From sequence record PV660457: a stretch of DNA of 52,748 nucleotides, one strand, 5' to 3'. The DNA comes from Escherichia phage LF82-19. The notes beneath the pieces were generated by a model. The model was not told where the DNA came from. It searched no databases and saw nothing but the letters and a program-made list of their open reading frames with translations. Positions 45,081-52,434 of this stretch are shown here, in pieces. Made by a program: the position numbers and the translations under genes. Position 1 is the first letter of the stretch. Every line of letters starts with the position of its first letter.

Positions 45081-45174
45081 TGCAATCGGCGCGGCATGTC
45101 TTCTTGCTTCCGTCACTGTGGTTGCGGTTGGCGCTGTTTGGCTAATGGCAAAAATATTGCGTGAGATTGACGAA

Positions 45175-45217
45175 TAGCACGAATTGCTAAAACGGCATGG
45201 CTCCTGAGTGGTATCAT
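45175..45217 (+). promoter_or_regulatory. palindrome TAGCA-N5-TGCTA plus hairpin with TATCAT
   Basis: hairpin ACGGCATG ... CATGCCGT; 22-nt gap. Confidence 0.5.
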
Positions 45218-45249
45218 GCCGTTACACCAAACAAACAGGAGTCACCCAA

Positions 45250-45615
45250 ATGAAAGTTAAATGCATTAGTTCAGACGTTTTGCTTGATGGTTACTACACC
45301 CCAGGTAGAGTCTACCGATTAAGGCGAGAAAGGGGCAAAAGCTATAGAACCGTTAAATCAAACAGAGGCGTTGATCTTGGTGTTATCCACGACCCATTAA
45401 AAAGAGGTCGGTTTTTCGTTGCTGGATTTGAACGTTGTGTGTTTGATTCGGCTCCGCACCGATTCGTGAAGCGCAACCAAAGCGCCGCGCTGGGGCAGAT
45501 TGAGATCGACTATACGCGATGCAAGCGCAGCATTCGCAATCAGGCTCGCAACATCGCAAAAGAGCACTTCTCGTGCGGCAAGCTTGAGAAGATTGCGCGA
45601 GGCTATAAGCGATAG
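45250..45615 (+). CDS. small basic protein, MKVKC family member
   Basis: MKVKCI ... YYTPGRVY; Arg/Lys-rich. Confidence 0.5.
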   Translation: MKVKCISSDVLLDGYYTPGRVYRLRRERGKSYRTVKSNRGVDLGVIHDPLKRGRFFVAGFERCVFDSAPHRFVKRNQSAALGQIEIDYTRCKRSIRNQARNIAKEHFSCGKLEKIARGYKR

Positions 45616-45655
45616 CACTTTTTGCTAAAACTTCCGCAAGGGCATTTGATATAGT
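45613..45655 (+). promoter_or_regulatory. palindrome TAGCA-N5-TGCTA plus hairpin with TATAGT
   Basis: hairpin AAGGGCA ... TGCCCTT; 22-nt gap. Confidence 0.5.
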
Positions 45656-45695
45656 GCCCTTATTGAAGCAGAGCAAACCAATCAGAGGATTCAAC

Positions 45696-45905
45696 ATGGC
45701 AATACCAACATTTACCCGTAAGCAGTTTACCGAGTTCTTCCGCCTGGTTAACATGAGCGGCAGCCCGCACCAGATGGATCGCATCACTAGCCGCCTTGAA
45801 ATGCCCAAGTTCGTTGAGGCAGTCGGGCGCAAGAATTGCAATAGCATGTGGGCGCTGATTAATGGCGGCGTTACACCATCAACCTTAGACCCGGAGATCA
45901 AATAA
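45696..45905 (+). CDS. hypothetical protein
   Basis: start MAIPTF; track ORF 45654 overlaps promoter. Confidence 0.45.
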   Translation: MAIPTFTRKQFTEFFRLVNMSGSPHQMDRITSRLEMPKFVEAVGRKNCNSMWALINGGVTPSTLDPEIK

Positions 45906-46270
45906 TGCGCATTCGTTTATTAAACCCGTCAATCTATACCGGAATGGAGCTGAGCAAATACAACTCAGATCCTATGCACGACGAAAGCAACTACCCGGTT
46001 ATTGTTGAAGCGTCAGAGAAGGATCACAACGGCTTTGAATTCACAGGCCGGGCGCATGTAAGCTACAAGGAGCTTGATCGCGTATTCCCATACGGATTCG
46101 AGCGCGACAAGTGCGAACCTGGGAAGGGCATTGGCTGGTGGAATAACCCGGTAAAACGAGACGCTAAAACGCCTCAAATCTCATGGGAGCCAGTATCACC
46201 GTTTGACTACTGGAACAAGCTGAAATCATCCCGCCCGGTTGGTGACGTGGTTCCGGCGGGGTACTTATGA
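45905..46270 (+). CDS. hypothetical protein
   Basis: 121 aa, Trp-rich. Confidence 0.45.
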   Translation: MRIRLLNPSIYTGMELSKYNSDPMHDESNYPVIVEASEKDHNGFEFTGRAHVSYKELDRVFPYGFERDKCEPGKGIGWWNNPVKRDAKTPQISWEPVSPFDYWNKLKSSRPVGDVVPAGYL

Positions 46271-46518
46271 GAAAATTAACCCGCGATGAGGAGCGTTTTA
46301 AATCGTGCCTCAAGAAGTCAAAGCAGAAGGCTATCATCATGGATCGCAACTCATCCGGTCAAGCCTTCTGGCATTTCCCGGACGTTGAGCAAACGGGATG
46401 GCACCCGGACACTATACGAGATCTCATGCGTGATGATCTTGTTGAGTTCGGGTTAATGGATAGTGGGCACCCTAACGGACAGCCGCGATACAGTAACGCA
46501 AAGTGGATAGGGGGTTGA
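46267..46518 (+). CDS. hypothetical protein
   Basis: 83 aa. Confidence 0.4.
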   Translation: MRKLTRDEERFKSCLKKSKQKAIIMDRNSSGQAFWHFPDVEQTGWHPDTIRDLMRDDLVEFGLMDSGHPNGQPRYSNAKWIGG

Positions 46519-46519
46519 T

Positions 46520-46708
46520 ATGCAGATCTACAAATCGCCAGGCGGAGCAAGATATGTCGTTGTTGATGGCGTTGTTTACTGCAAGCCAGCAGATGGAAGC
46601 ATGGTTTACAGGCCGCGCATGACGGTTGAGCGATATCTTGAGCTTATCGCTGGCGGTCTTCTGACATTCCATTGCGTTATTCGCCCGGTAATGTTCAAAA
46701 AGCACTAA
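46520..46708 (+). CDS. hypothetical protein
   Basis: 62 aa. Confidence 0.4.
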   Translation: MQIYKSPGGARYVVVDGVVYCKPADGSMVYRPRMTVERYLELIAGGLLTFHCVIRPVMFKKH

Positions 46709-46742
46709 TTGCTAAAACTTGCTAAGAGGCATTTGTTATAGT
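46700..46742 (+). promoter_or_regulatory. palindrome aAGCA-N5-TGCTA plus hairpin with TATAGT
   Basis: stop TAA inside spacer; hairpin AAGAGGCA ... TGCCTCTT; 22-nt gap. Confidence 0.5.
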
Positions 46743-46780
46743 GCCTCTTGTCGAGTTAACACAAATACAGAGGATTTGAA

Positions 46781-47485
46781 ATGAGCATTCAACGCTACTA
46801 CCCTGAAGTGAAGTACACAGTGCGGGAAACTCGCGTTAATATGGCTCCACACGAGCGCGGAAGCTATGTGACCTATGAATCACACATCGAAGAATTGCGC
46901 CGCGTACAGGCCGAATTAGACGCCTTAAAAGCGATGCAAAAAAGCGATTTTTTCTATCACCTAAAGCCAGTCTTCGAAAAGGCGCTTGAAGAGGCGATTG
47001 CTATCGTCGTGAAGCAAGCCAGCCAATCAGTTTTCAAGGTTGACGCTGAGGCGCTAATTGCTGCTGACGTTGGCCGTTGGATGGAGAAGCACATGAACGA
47101 GCGCGCCGGATTTGCAACTGGCAGCCTGTTTGTGGGTGATGTAGAGGTTGATTTCGACAACAACAAAGTCAAGATCACCGATGCGCTAATCAAGAGCGGC
47201 GTTGTGACTGAAAGCGAATTATTCTCTTTCCCTAAGGCACGAAAGAACATTGTCGTTTGCACAAGCGCCGATGAAGGTAGCGGTTTCACTATTGGAAAGA
47301 AATACGCATTCGATCGCAATGAAGGGAACATTATCCGAATCTGCCAGGATGATTTTGTTTCAGATCTCGCAGAGGATGATTGCTGGATTGCAAGCCGCCG
47401 CCGAAACCTGGTAAGCGGTGAATTCAGATACTTCTTACAGGGGCATACAGAAGGCAAGCGCGCATCTTTCGAGATCGTTGAATAG
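46781..47485 (+). CDS. hypothetical protein with C-terminal MKVKC-family-like segment
   Basis: 234 aa; internal VVCTSADEGSGFTIGKKY matches the family motif. Confidence 0.5.
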   Translation: MSIQRYYPEVKYTVRETRVNMAPHERGSYVTYESHIEELRRVQAELDALKAMQKSDFFYHLKPVFEKALEEAIAIVVKQASQSVFKVDAEALIAADVGRWMEKHMNERAGFATGSLFVGDVEVDFDNNKVKITDALIKSGVVTESELFSFPKARKNIVVCTSADEGSGFTIGKKYAFDRNEGNIIRICQDDFVSDLAEDDCWIASRRRNLVSGEFRYFLQGHTEGKRASFEIVE

Positions 47486-47525
47486 CACGAATTGTTAAAC
47501 GGGCATGTGTTCCGACTGGTATCAT
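47483..47525 (+). promoter_or_regulatory. palindrome TAGCA-N5-TGTTA plus -10 TATCAT
   Basis: 22-nt gap; CCGACTGGTATCAT resembles 45175 and 49742 copies. Confidence 0.5.
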
Positions 47526-47555
47526 GTGCCAACACAAACAAGCAAGGGGCTTTAA

Positions 47556-47723
47556 ATGTTCGAAGAAAAGAAACACAGGCCGGAACAAGCTTACTCAAGG
47601 GTATCACGCACCGTTAAAGAGCGTAGGCGCTGGGTTAAGTATTTCATGAATCAAGGCCACACCAGATCGGTTGCGATTGGCCTGGCTAAGTGGGCAACAA
47701 ACAACTACAACGGGAAAAACTGA
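47556..47723 (+). CDS. small basic protein (55 aa)
   Basis: MFEEKKHR ... ; stop overlaps next ATG (TGATG); not listed separately in track. Confidence 0.35.
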   Translation: MFEEKKHRPEQAYSRVSRTVKERRRWVKYFMNQGHTRSVAIGLAKWATNNYNGKN

Positions 47724-48355
47724 TGAACTTTCAAATGTACACTATGATCAAGCATCACTTACTTACTCATCCAGATCAGCCAGTCTACATCTTCGACTAT
47801 GACGGCACGCTTTCGGATGGCTCTCACCGACTGGACAAGTTGCCAACAAAAGATTTGCACCTCACCGAAAGCTGGGAAGAGTTCAATCGCCTTGCTTCAT
47901 TCGATGAGCCGATCGAAACAACCATTCAGGTGATGAATTCACTTTATAAGGCTGGCGCTTTCGTTATCGTGTTAACCGGGCGCGCCGATAGCGTTGTTGA
48001 AGAGTCAACACAATGGCTGCATGATGCTGGGGCGAAATATACAGTGATGGTGATGCGTGGGCGTGACGACAATCGCAAGGACACGATCATCAAGGAGGAA
48101 TTCTTGCGCTACATCGGACTTGAGCGAATTACAGCGGCGTGGGATGATAGCCCAAAAGTGATCGAGCATTTCCGATCGCTGGGCATCACAACCTACCAGG
48201 TTTGTGATTATGGCGATAAGACTCACGCGCATCTACAGTCACACGGCGTGAAAGATGCTGGCGGAGAGTGTGAGCATATTTGGGAGCGTCACAGTATTGG
48301 TGACGATTATTATGAATGCTGTGTTTCATGCGGCAGATCAAGAGGCATTAAGTAA
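47723..48355 (+). CDS. HAD-family phosphatase (polynucleotide 3'-phosphatase-like)
   Basis: FDYDGTL (DxDGT) motif I near N-terminus; start at 47723 not 47690. Confidence 0.6.
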   Translation: MNFQMYTMIKHHLLTHPDQPVYIFDYDGTLSDGSHRLDKLPTKDLHLTESWEEFNRLASFDEPIETTIQVMNSLYKAGAFVIVLTGRADSVVEESTQWLHDAGAKYTVMVMRGRDDNRKDTIIKEEFLRYIGLERITAAWDDSPKVIEHFRSLGITTYQVCDYGDKTHAHLQSHGVKDAGGECEHIWERHSIGDDYYECCVSCGRSRGIK

Positions 48356-48963
48356 TGGCAACTATCATCATTCTGAATGCGCCGCCGCGCGCCGGGAAAG
48401 ACACGATCGCGAAAATCATCGACGAGCAATACGGCTTGCCAGTTGTGAGCTTCAAAACTCCGATGTTCAACATTGCTCGCGGCATCTTGGGCGAAGCGGA
48501 TTTTAAAGAGTTCATGGCGGTTTACGAAACAGACCGCAAGGACACACAGCCGTTAAGTATTCTGCATGGCAGCACTTGCCGCGAGTTTATGATCTGGATT
48601 AGCGAATCCGTGATTAAGCCTCATTTCGGCAAGAAGCATTTCGGCTGGCTTATGGCTGATTTGCTCAGCGAAATGGAGGATGATGTTGATCTCACAATTT
48701 GCAGCGATGGCGGGTTCCCGGATGAGGTAGAGGCGTTGATTGACTTCGGGCACCGTGTCAAGCTGGTTCGTATGCACCGTGAAGGCTTCGACTTCTCGAA
48801 AGATAGCCGTGACTACATCTACCTTTCCGAAGAGTACAAGAGCAAGCCTGGTGTTGTTGAGTTCGATCTGACATTGCAGGACGGTTGCCCTAATCTGGCT
48901 GCTGAGACTATCGCGTCATTGTTCATTGCCCATCATAAACCAGATAACGAGATCCCTTGGTAA
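48355..48963 (+). CDS. P-loop kinase (polynucleotide or nucleotide kinase-like)
   Basis: Walker A-like NAPPRAGKDT; ATGA-coupled to the phosphatase. Confidence 0.55.
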   Translation: MATIIILNAPPRAGKDTIAKIIDEQYGLPVVSFKTPMFNIARGILGEADFKEFMAVYETDRKDTQPLSILHGSTCREFMIWISESVIKPHFGKKHFGWLMADLLSEMEDDVDLTICSDGGFPDEVEALIDFGHRVKLVRMHREGFDFSKDSRDYIYLSEEYKSKPGVVEFDLTLQDGCPNLAAETIASLFIAHHKPDNEIPW

Positions 48964-48964
48964 A

Positions 48965-49007
48965 TAGCACTTTTTGTTAAACCCGCTTCGGCGGGTTTTG
49001 TTATTCT
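48965..49007 (+). promoter_or_regulatory. palindrome plus terminator-like hairpin plus -10 TATTCT
   Basis: TAGCACTTTTTGTTA-AACCCGCTTCGGCGGGTTTTG-TTATTCT; inverted duplicate of 37133-37175. Confidence 0.5.
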
Positions 49008-49036
49008 TGCTTTAACGAAACGAAATGGAGTGAAGA

Positions 49037-49267
49037 ATGAAAACTTTATCAGAGCTGAAGTCGATCGCGGCTGACTTGCAGGAGCGAATGAAGCCACTAA
49101 ACCACAAGCTGGAAAACTCGCGCATTACTATAGCCTCAAGAATGTCTATCGAGTGCTCACTGCGCGAACTTAAAATCATGTGGCATGATGCCATGTGCGA
49201 CGTTCACGCTCACCCTGAGTACGAAGGTGAGTTTAAATTCCAGAAAGAAAACAACCCATACCGATAA
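49037..49267 (+). CDS. hypothetical protein
   Basis: 76 aa. Confidence 0.4.
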   Translation: MKTLSELKSIAADLQERMKPLNHKLENSRITIASRMSIECSLRELKIMWHDAMCDVHAHPEYEGEFKFQKENNPYR

Positions 49268-49277
49268 GGATTCAATA

Positions 49278-49574
49278 ATGAACACTATCAAAAAGTTGAC
49301 TCCAAACATGGCAACCAAAATCAAGTACGAGATCCCGGAGGATGGCACATTCTTAGCCGTCTGGACTTATCGCGAGATCCCGTACTCCGGTACTTATCAA
49401 TGGCGAAACGGCGAGCTTGCCGTGTGGGTTGATGGCGTTGGCTGGGAAATTGCCGGGCATGGAGCGGCGGAGGACTATTACGATTTCAACTGCCTCGTGT
49501 CTATGGCTAGTGGTGAGAATTACGGCGGTGCTTGTCACTTTGTTGCGGTTGTAGTGGTTGAGGAAACAGCGTGA
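49278..49574 (+). CDS. hypothetical protein
   Basis: start MNTIKK with RBS TAAGGA; track ORF 49185 is an extension. Confidence 0.4.
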   Translation: MNTIKKLTPNMATKIKYEIPEDGTFLAVWTYREIPYSGTYQWRNGELAVWVDGVGWEIAGHGAAEDYYDFNCLVSMASGENYGGACHFVAVVVVEETA

Positions 49575-49744
49575 AGACTTTTATTATTTTCCTAGTTGGC
49601 GCTTGCATGGTTAGCGTTTCTGATAACTTCACAGTTTTCGTTGGCGCTGCGATGGTGTCGTGGGCTTACTACCGATGCGGAAAGGCTGACGGAATAGCGG
49701 AAGGTAAACGCCAGGCGCTGGCATCCGGCACTAAGTTAAAGTAG
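49571..49744 (+). CDS. small membrane peptide (GTG start, 57 aa; uncertain)
   Basis: GTGA overlap with previous stop; two hydrophobic segments; ends at TAG that forms the next palindrome half-site. Confidence 0.25.
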   Translation: MKTFIIFLVGACMVSVSDNFTVFVGAAMVSWAYYRCGKADGIAEGKRQALASGTKLK

Positions 49745-49784
49745 CACGATTTGTTAAAAGGGGATTCGTCCTGACTGGTATAAT
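49742..49784 (+). promoter_or_regulatory. palindrome TAGCA-N5-TGTTA plus hairpin with TATAAT
   Basis: hairpin GGGGATT ... AATCCCC; 22-nt gap. Confidence 0.5.
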
Positions 49785-49814
49785 CCCCACATCAACCAAG
49801 CAGAGGAAACGATC

Positions 49815-50267
49815 ATGAAATTAGTTTGCACATCATCACGCGTCAAAAGCTTCACCGTTGGAAAGAAATATGAAAGCCGCACAGTCGAGCATTACGGAAT
49901 TGTTACGCACGAGGTGGACGGAGACACCGCTTGCGGCTGGGTGATTAACGATGGCCTGAGCATTTGCGGAGCTGATCACTCAAACCCAATGGCAACTTTC
50001 CGCAAGGATAAGAGCATGATGAAGATGCTTGTTCGCGCATTCGTATTGGTTGCAAAGGCTCGCGGTTGGGGTGATAGCAAGAGCGGGGCTTACAAATCCT
50101 GGAGCGGCACACCTTACAAAAACTCCAGAGATTGGGCGCGAGCTATTGCCTTCAGCTACGATGTTGGGAGTGTTGCGCGCGAGATAATTGATGAAGATCC
50201 TAACGTGAAACTCATCGACCAGGAAGCGGTAAACCTGTTTGCCGAAAACGAGATCGACAACTGGTAA
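49815..50267 (+). CDS. MKLVC family protein
   Basis: MKLVCTSSRVKSFTVGKKY N-terminal motif; 150 aa. Confidence 0.5.
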   Translation: MKLVCTSSRVKSFTVGKKYESRTVEHYGIVTHEVDGDTACGWVINDGLSICGADHSNPMATFRKDKSMMKMLVRAFVLVAKARGWGDSKSGAYKSWSGTPYKNSRDWARAIAFSYDVGSVAREIIDEDPNVKLIDQEAVNLFAENEIDNW

Positions 50268-50329
50268 TTTGCGCAAGGCCGTTTATAATAGCGGCCTTAC
50301 TCAGACAAACCAATCAGAAGGAAATCACC

Positions 50330-50758
50330 ATGAAATTACGTTGCACATTCCTTGAGCCAGCTTTCGCAAAAGCTCTGGCTGAGTTCTACACCATCGGCAA
50401 AACTTACGCCGCATCCATCAAGCCGGGATCAAAGGTTGGCGCTGTGCTGGTGGAGTCAAACGAAGGCAATGAAGGCGATCAGCTTGCAGCAGTTCCGAGC
50501 CGCTCAGGGTTCGAGGTTCAAATTAAGAACCAAATTCCGATCGCAAAGTTCGAGGTTGTTGGCAAGCGTGCGGTGAAGCTTGTTAAGACTGAGAAGCGCG
50601 TAACGCTGAAACTTGATGGCGTGGGGAAATCAGATAAGCGCCGATTCCGCCGTGTTTGCCGCCAGTATCGAAAGTTGAAATTCATCAACCCTGGATTCTA
50701 TTATGATCTGGAATCCGATCGCCACATGGCTAAACTTGCGCGACATCACCGCCGATAG
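50330..50758 (+). CDS. MKLRC family protein
   Basis: MKLRCT ... FYTIGKTY; basic C-terminus; preceded by hairpin AAGGCCG-tttataatag-CGGCCTT. Confidence 0.5.
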   Translation: MKLRCTFLEPAFAKALAEFYTIGKTYAASIKPGSKVGAVLVESNEGNEGDQLAAVPSRSGFEVQIKNQIPIAKFEVVGKRAVKLVKTEKRVTLKLDGVGKSDKRRFRRVCRQYRKLKFINPGFYYDLESDRHMAKLARHHRR

Positions 50759-50798
50759 CACTTTTTGCTAAAACTCGAAATCGGGGTTGCGATATAGT
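50756..50798 (+). promoter_or_regulatory. palindrome TAGCA-N5-TGCTA plus hairpin with TATAGT
   Basis: hairpin GGGGTT ... AACCCC; 22-nt gap. Confidence 0.5.
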
Positions 50799-50831
50799 AA
50801 CCCCATCGAAACGCAACGGAGCAAACGAAAA

Positions 50832-51062
50832 ATGAAAAAGTACCCAACTGCGATGATTATCCGCACCACTAACCGCGTAGAAGCCGATGCACTCACCCTG
50901 GCCGAATGTGGTTTCAAGGTTGGTGATATCATCGAGCTTGACGGATGCTACTGCGACGGCACAGCAAGTGCAAAAGCGATTCGCGAAGGGCTTGGGATTC
51001 GCGTAGGCGATAACGTCAGCCTTGAGGCTTGCGAATATGTTGTTGTGGAGGGTTCTATATGA
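50832..51062 (+). CDS. hypothetical protein
   Basis: start MKKYP; track ORF 50787 starts inside the promoter -10. Confidence 0.4.
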   Translation: MKKYPTAMIIRTTNRVEADALTLAECGFKVGDIIELDGCYCDGTASAKAIREGLGIRVGDNVSLEACEYVVVEGSI

Positions 51063-51364
51063 TTTGGGTTCACACTTACGGCGTGGGCAAGTTCGGCAAG
51101 CGCATTATAAAAACCATCCACGAGAGCGCCGAAAGCGCTGAGGACTCACAAAAAGTCCTTGGTGGAACGGTTGAGCAGTTCATGAGCACAGAAGAGGTTG
51201 CGATCGAGAAATACCATATCGCCAACGCTGCGCGCCAGGAAGTTAGCGATATCATTGACGACTTCAGCAAGCACGATCCGGCATCCTACGGTTCGCCGGG
51301 ATGGGATGCGAAAAAGCTGAAGGCGTGCAACATGATCAACCAGATTATCGAAGGGGATTTTTGA
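51059..51364 (+). CDS. hypothetical protein
   Basis: ATGA overlap start; 101 aa. Confidence 0.4.
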   Translation: MIWVHTYGVGKFGKRIIKTIHESAESAEDSQKVLGGTVEQFMSTEEVAIEKYHIANAARQEVSDIIDDFSKHDPASYGSPGWDAKKLKACNMINQIIEGDF

Positions 51365-51598
51365 ATGTTCGGACTGAGTGAGCCGCACTGGAACATAGTT
51401 AAGAGCCAGGCGCGAAAGCTGAATGAAGCGGTTAAAGCAATGCCGGAGAAAGATCGCAAAAATGACCGCCTGATGATTCAGGTTATCGACAAGCATCACC
51501 AGCCGATCGCCACCATCATTGAGCGCTTGAAATTCACTTGGACGGCTGGATATTTAGCCGGGCGCGTGGGAAATAAAACTAACGGAGATTATGAGTAA
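51365..51598 (+). CDS. hypothetical protein
   Basis: 77 aa. Confidence 0.4.
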   Translation: MFGLSEPHWNIVKSQARKLNEAVKAMPEKDRKNDRLMIQVIDKHHQPIATIIERLKFTWTAGYLAGRVGNKTNGDYE

Positions 51599-51780
51599 TG
51601 GCAGGATTTGACAGCACGAAAAAAGACGCTACGCAAGAAGAGTGGAAGGAACAGCTTGATTGCATCGTCGAACTAAACGGCTACAACCCTGATTTCATCC
51701 CTGATTCATGGCTTGATGCATATGATGGCGGCGCTGAAGTGGCTGATTTCTTTTACGATAACTATGACTCGGAGGAATAA
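51598..51780 (+). CDS. hypothetical acidic protein
   Basis: 60 aa. Confidence 0.35.
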   Translation: MAGFDSTKKDATQEEWKEQLDCIVELNGYNPDFIPDSWLDAYDGGAEVADFFYDNYDSEE

Positions 51781-51986
51781 TGTTTAAGCATCTGCCAAAG
51801 AAAGGCGAAATCATTCGCTGTGATTCAGTAGTTGGAGCCGCGCCGTTTATGGTTGGCGTTGAGTACACCGTTGAACATGTTGATCGCAAAGTTGGTCACA
51901 TCTACGTTTACGGTGACGAAGGCAACCTCGAGGCGATCGACTACCCGCAAGACGCTGTACACGGAAAGTTTTCAAAAGTTGATTGA
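51780..51986 (+). CDS. small protein, possible MKVKC-family relative
   Basis: IIRCDSVVGAAPFMVGVEY segment. Confidence 0.4.
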   Translation: MFKHLPKKGEIIRCDSVVGAAPFMVGVEYTVEHVDRKVGHIYVYGDEGNLEAIDYPQDAVHGKFSKVD

Positions 51987-52150
51987 CGACACCTTCGCTG
52001 AGTGGTAAATTAAAAAGCGTAGACAGAAGAGGCGCTTAGAGCGCAACGGGCATCACGTTTGATGCAACTTAGTTTACAGCGTCATTGATGGCGCTTTCAT
52101 TCGGTGCATAGTGGTAAGCACGCCGTAGACCCGTAAGCGGCACAAATTCA

Positions 52151-52238
52151 GGAAGGTTGGCAGAGTGGACGATCGCGCACGGTTGCTAACCGTCAAGCCG
52201 GAAACGGCTCAAGGGTTCGAATCCCTTACCTTCCACCA
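52151..52238 (+). tRNA. tRNA-Ser (anticodon GCU), class II with long variable arm
   Basis: acceptor GGAAGGT/ACCTTCC, anticodon loop TTGCTAA, variable stem GCCG-gaaa-CGGC, T-arm AAGGG-TTCGAAT-CCCTT, encoded ACCA end; D-stem and anticodon stem slightly imperfect. Confidence 0.6.
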
Positions 52239-52252
52239 ATCAAAGAGGTTTG

Positions 52253-52432
52253 CATGTTTGATGTTAAACTCACTATCTTGTTAATGGGGCGCTCATGCGC
52301 ATCATGCAAGCAACACTTCGAGTGCACCGTTGAGGCGGAAACATCCGAAGATGCCGTGTCAAAGGCAAAGGCAATGGCGGGAGCCGATCCCACTACTCAC
52401 AAGTTTTTAGTTAACTACGTAAGGAAAAAGTA
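52253..52432 (+). CDS. small Cys-containing protein (59 aa)
   Basis: RBS AAGAGG; CASCKQHFEC segment; not in ORF track. Confidence 0.35.
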
Positions 52433-52434
52433 AA

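Noticed and set aside
51987-52150. Second tRNA or structured ncRNA upstream of tRNA-Ser
   Set aside because: The segment has short hairpins but no T-loop consensus (GTTCRANYC) or cloverleaf I could assemble; left unannotated.
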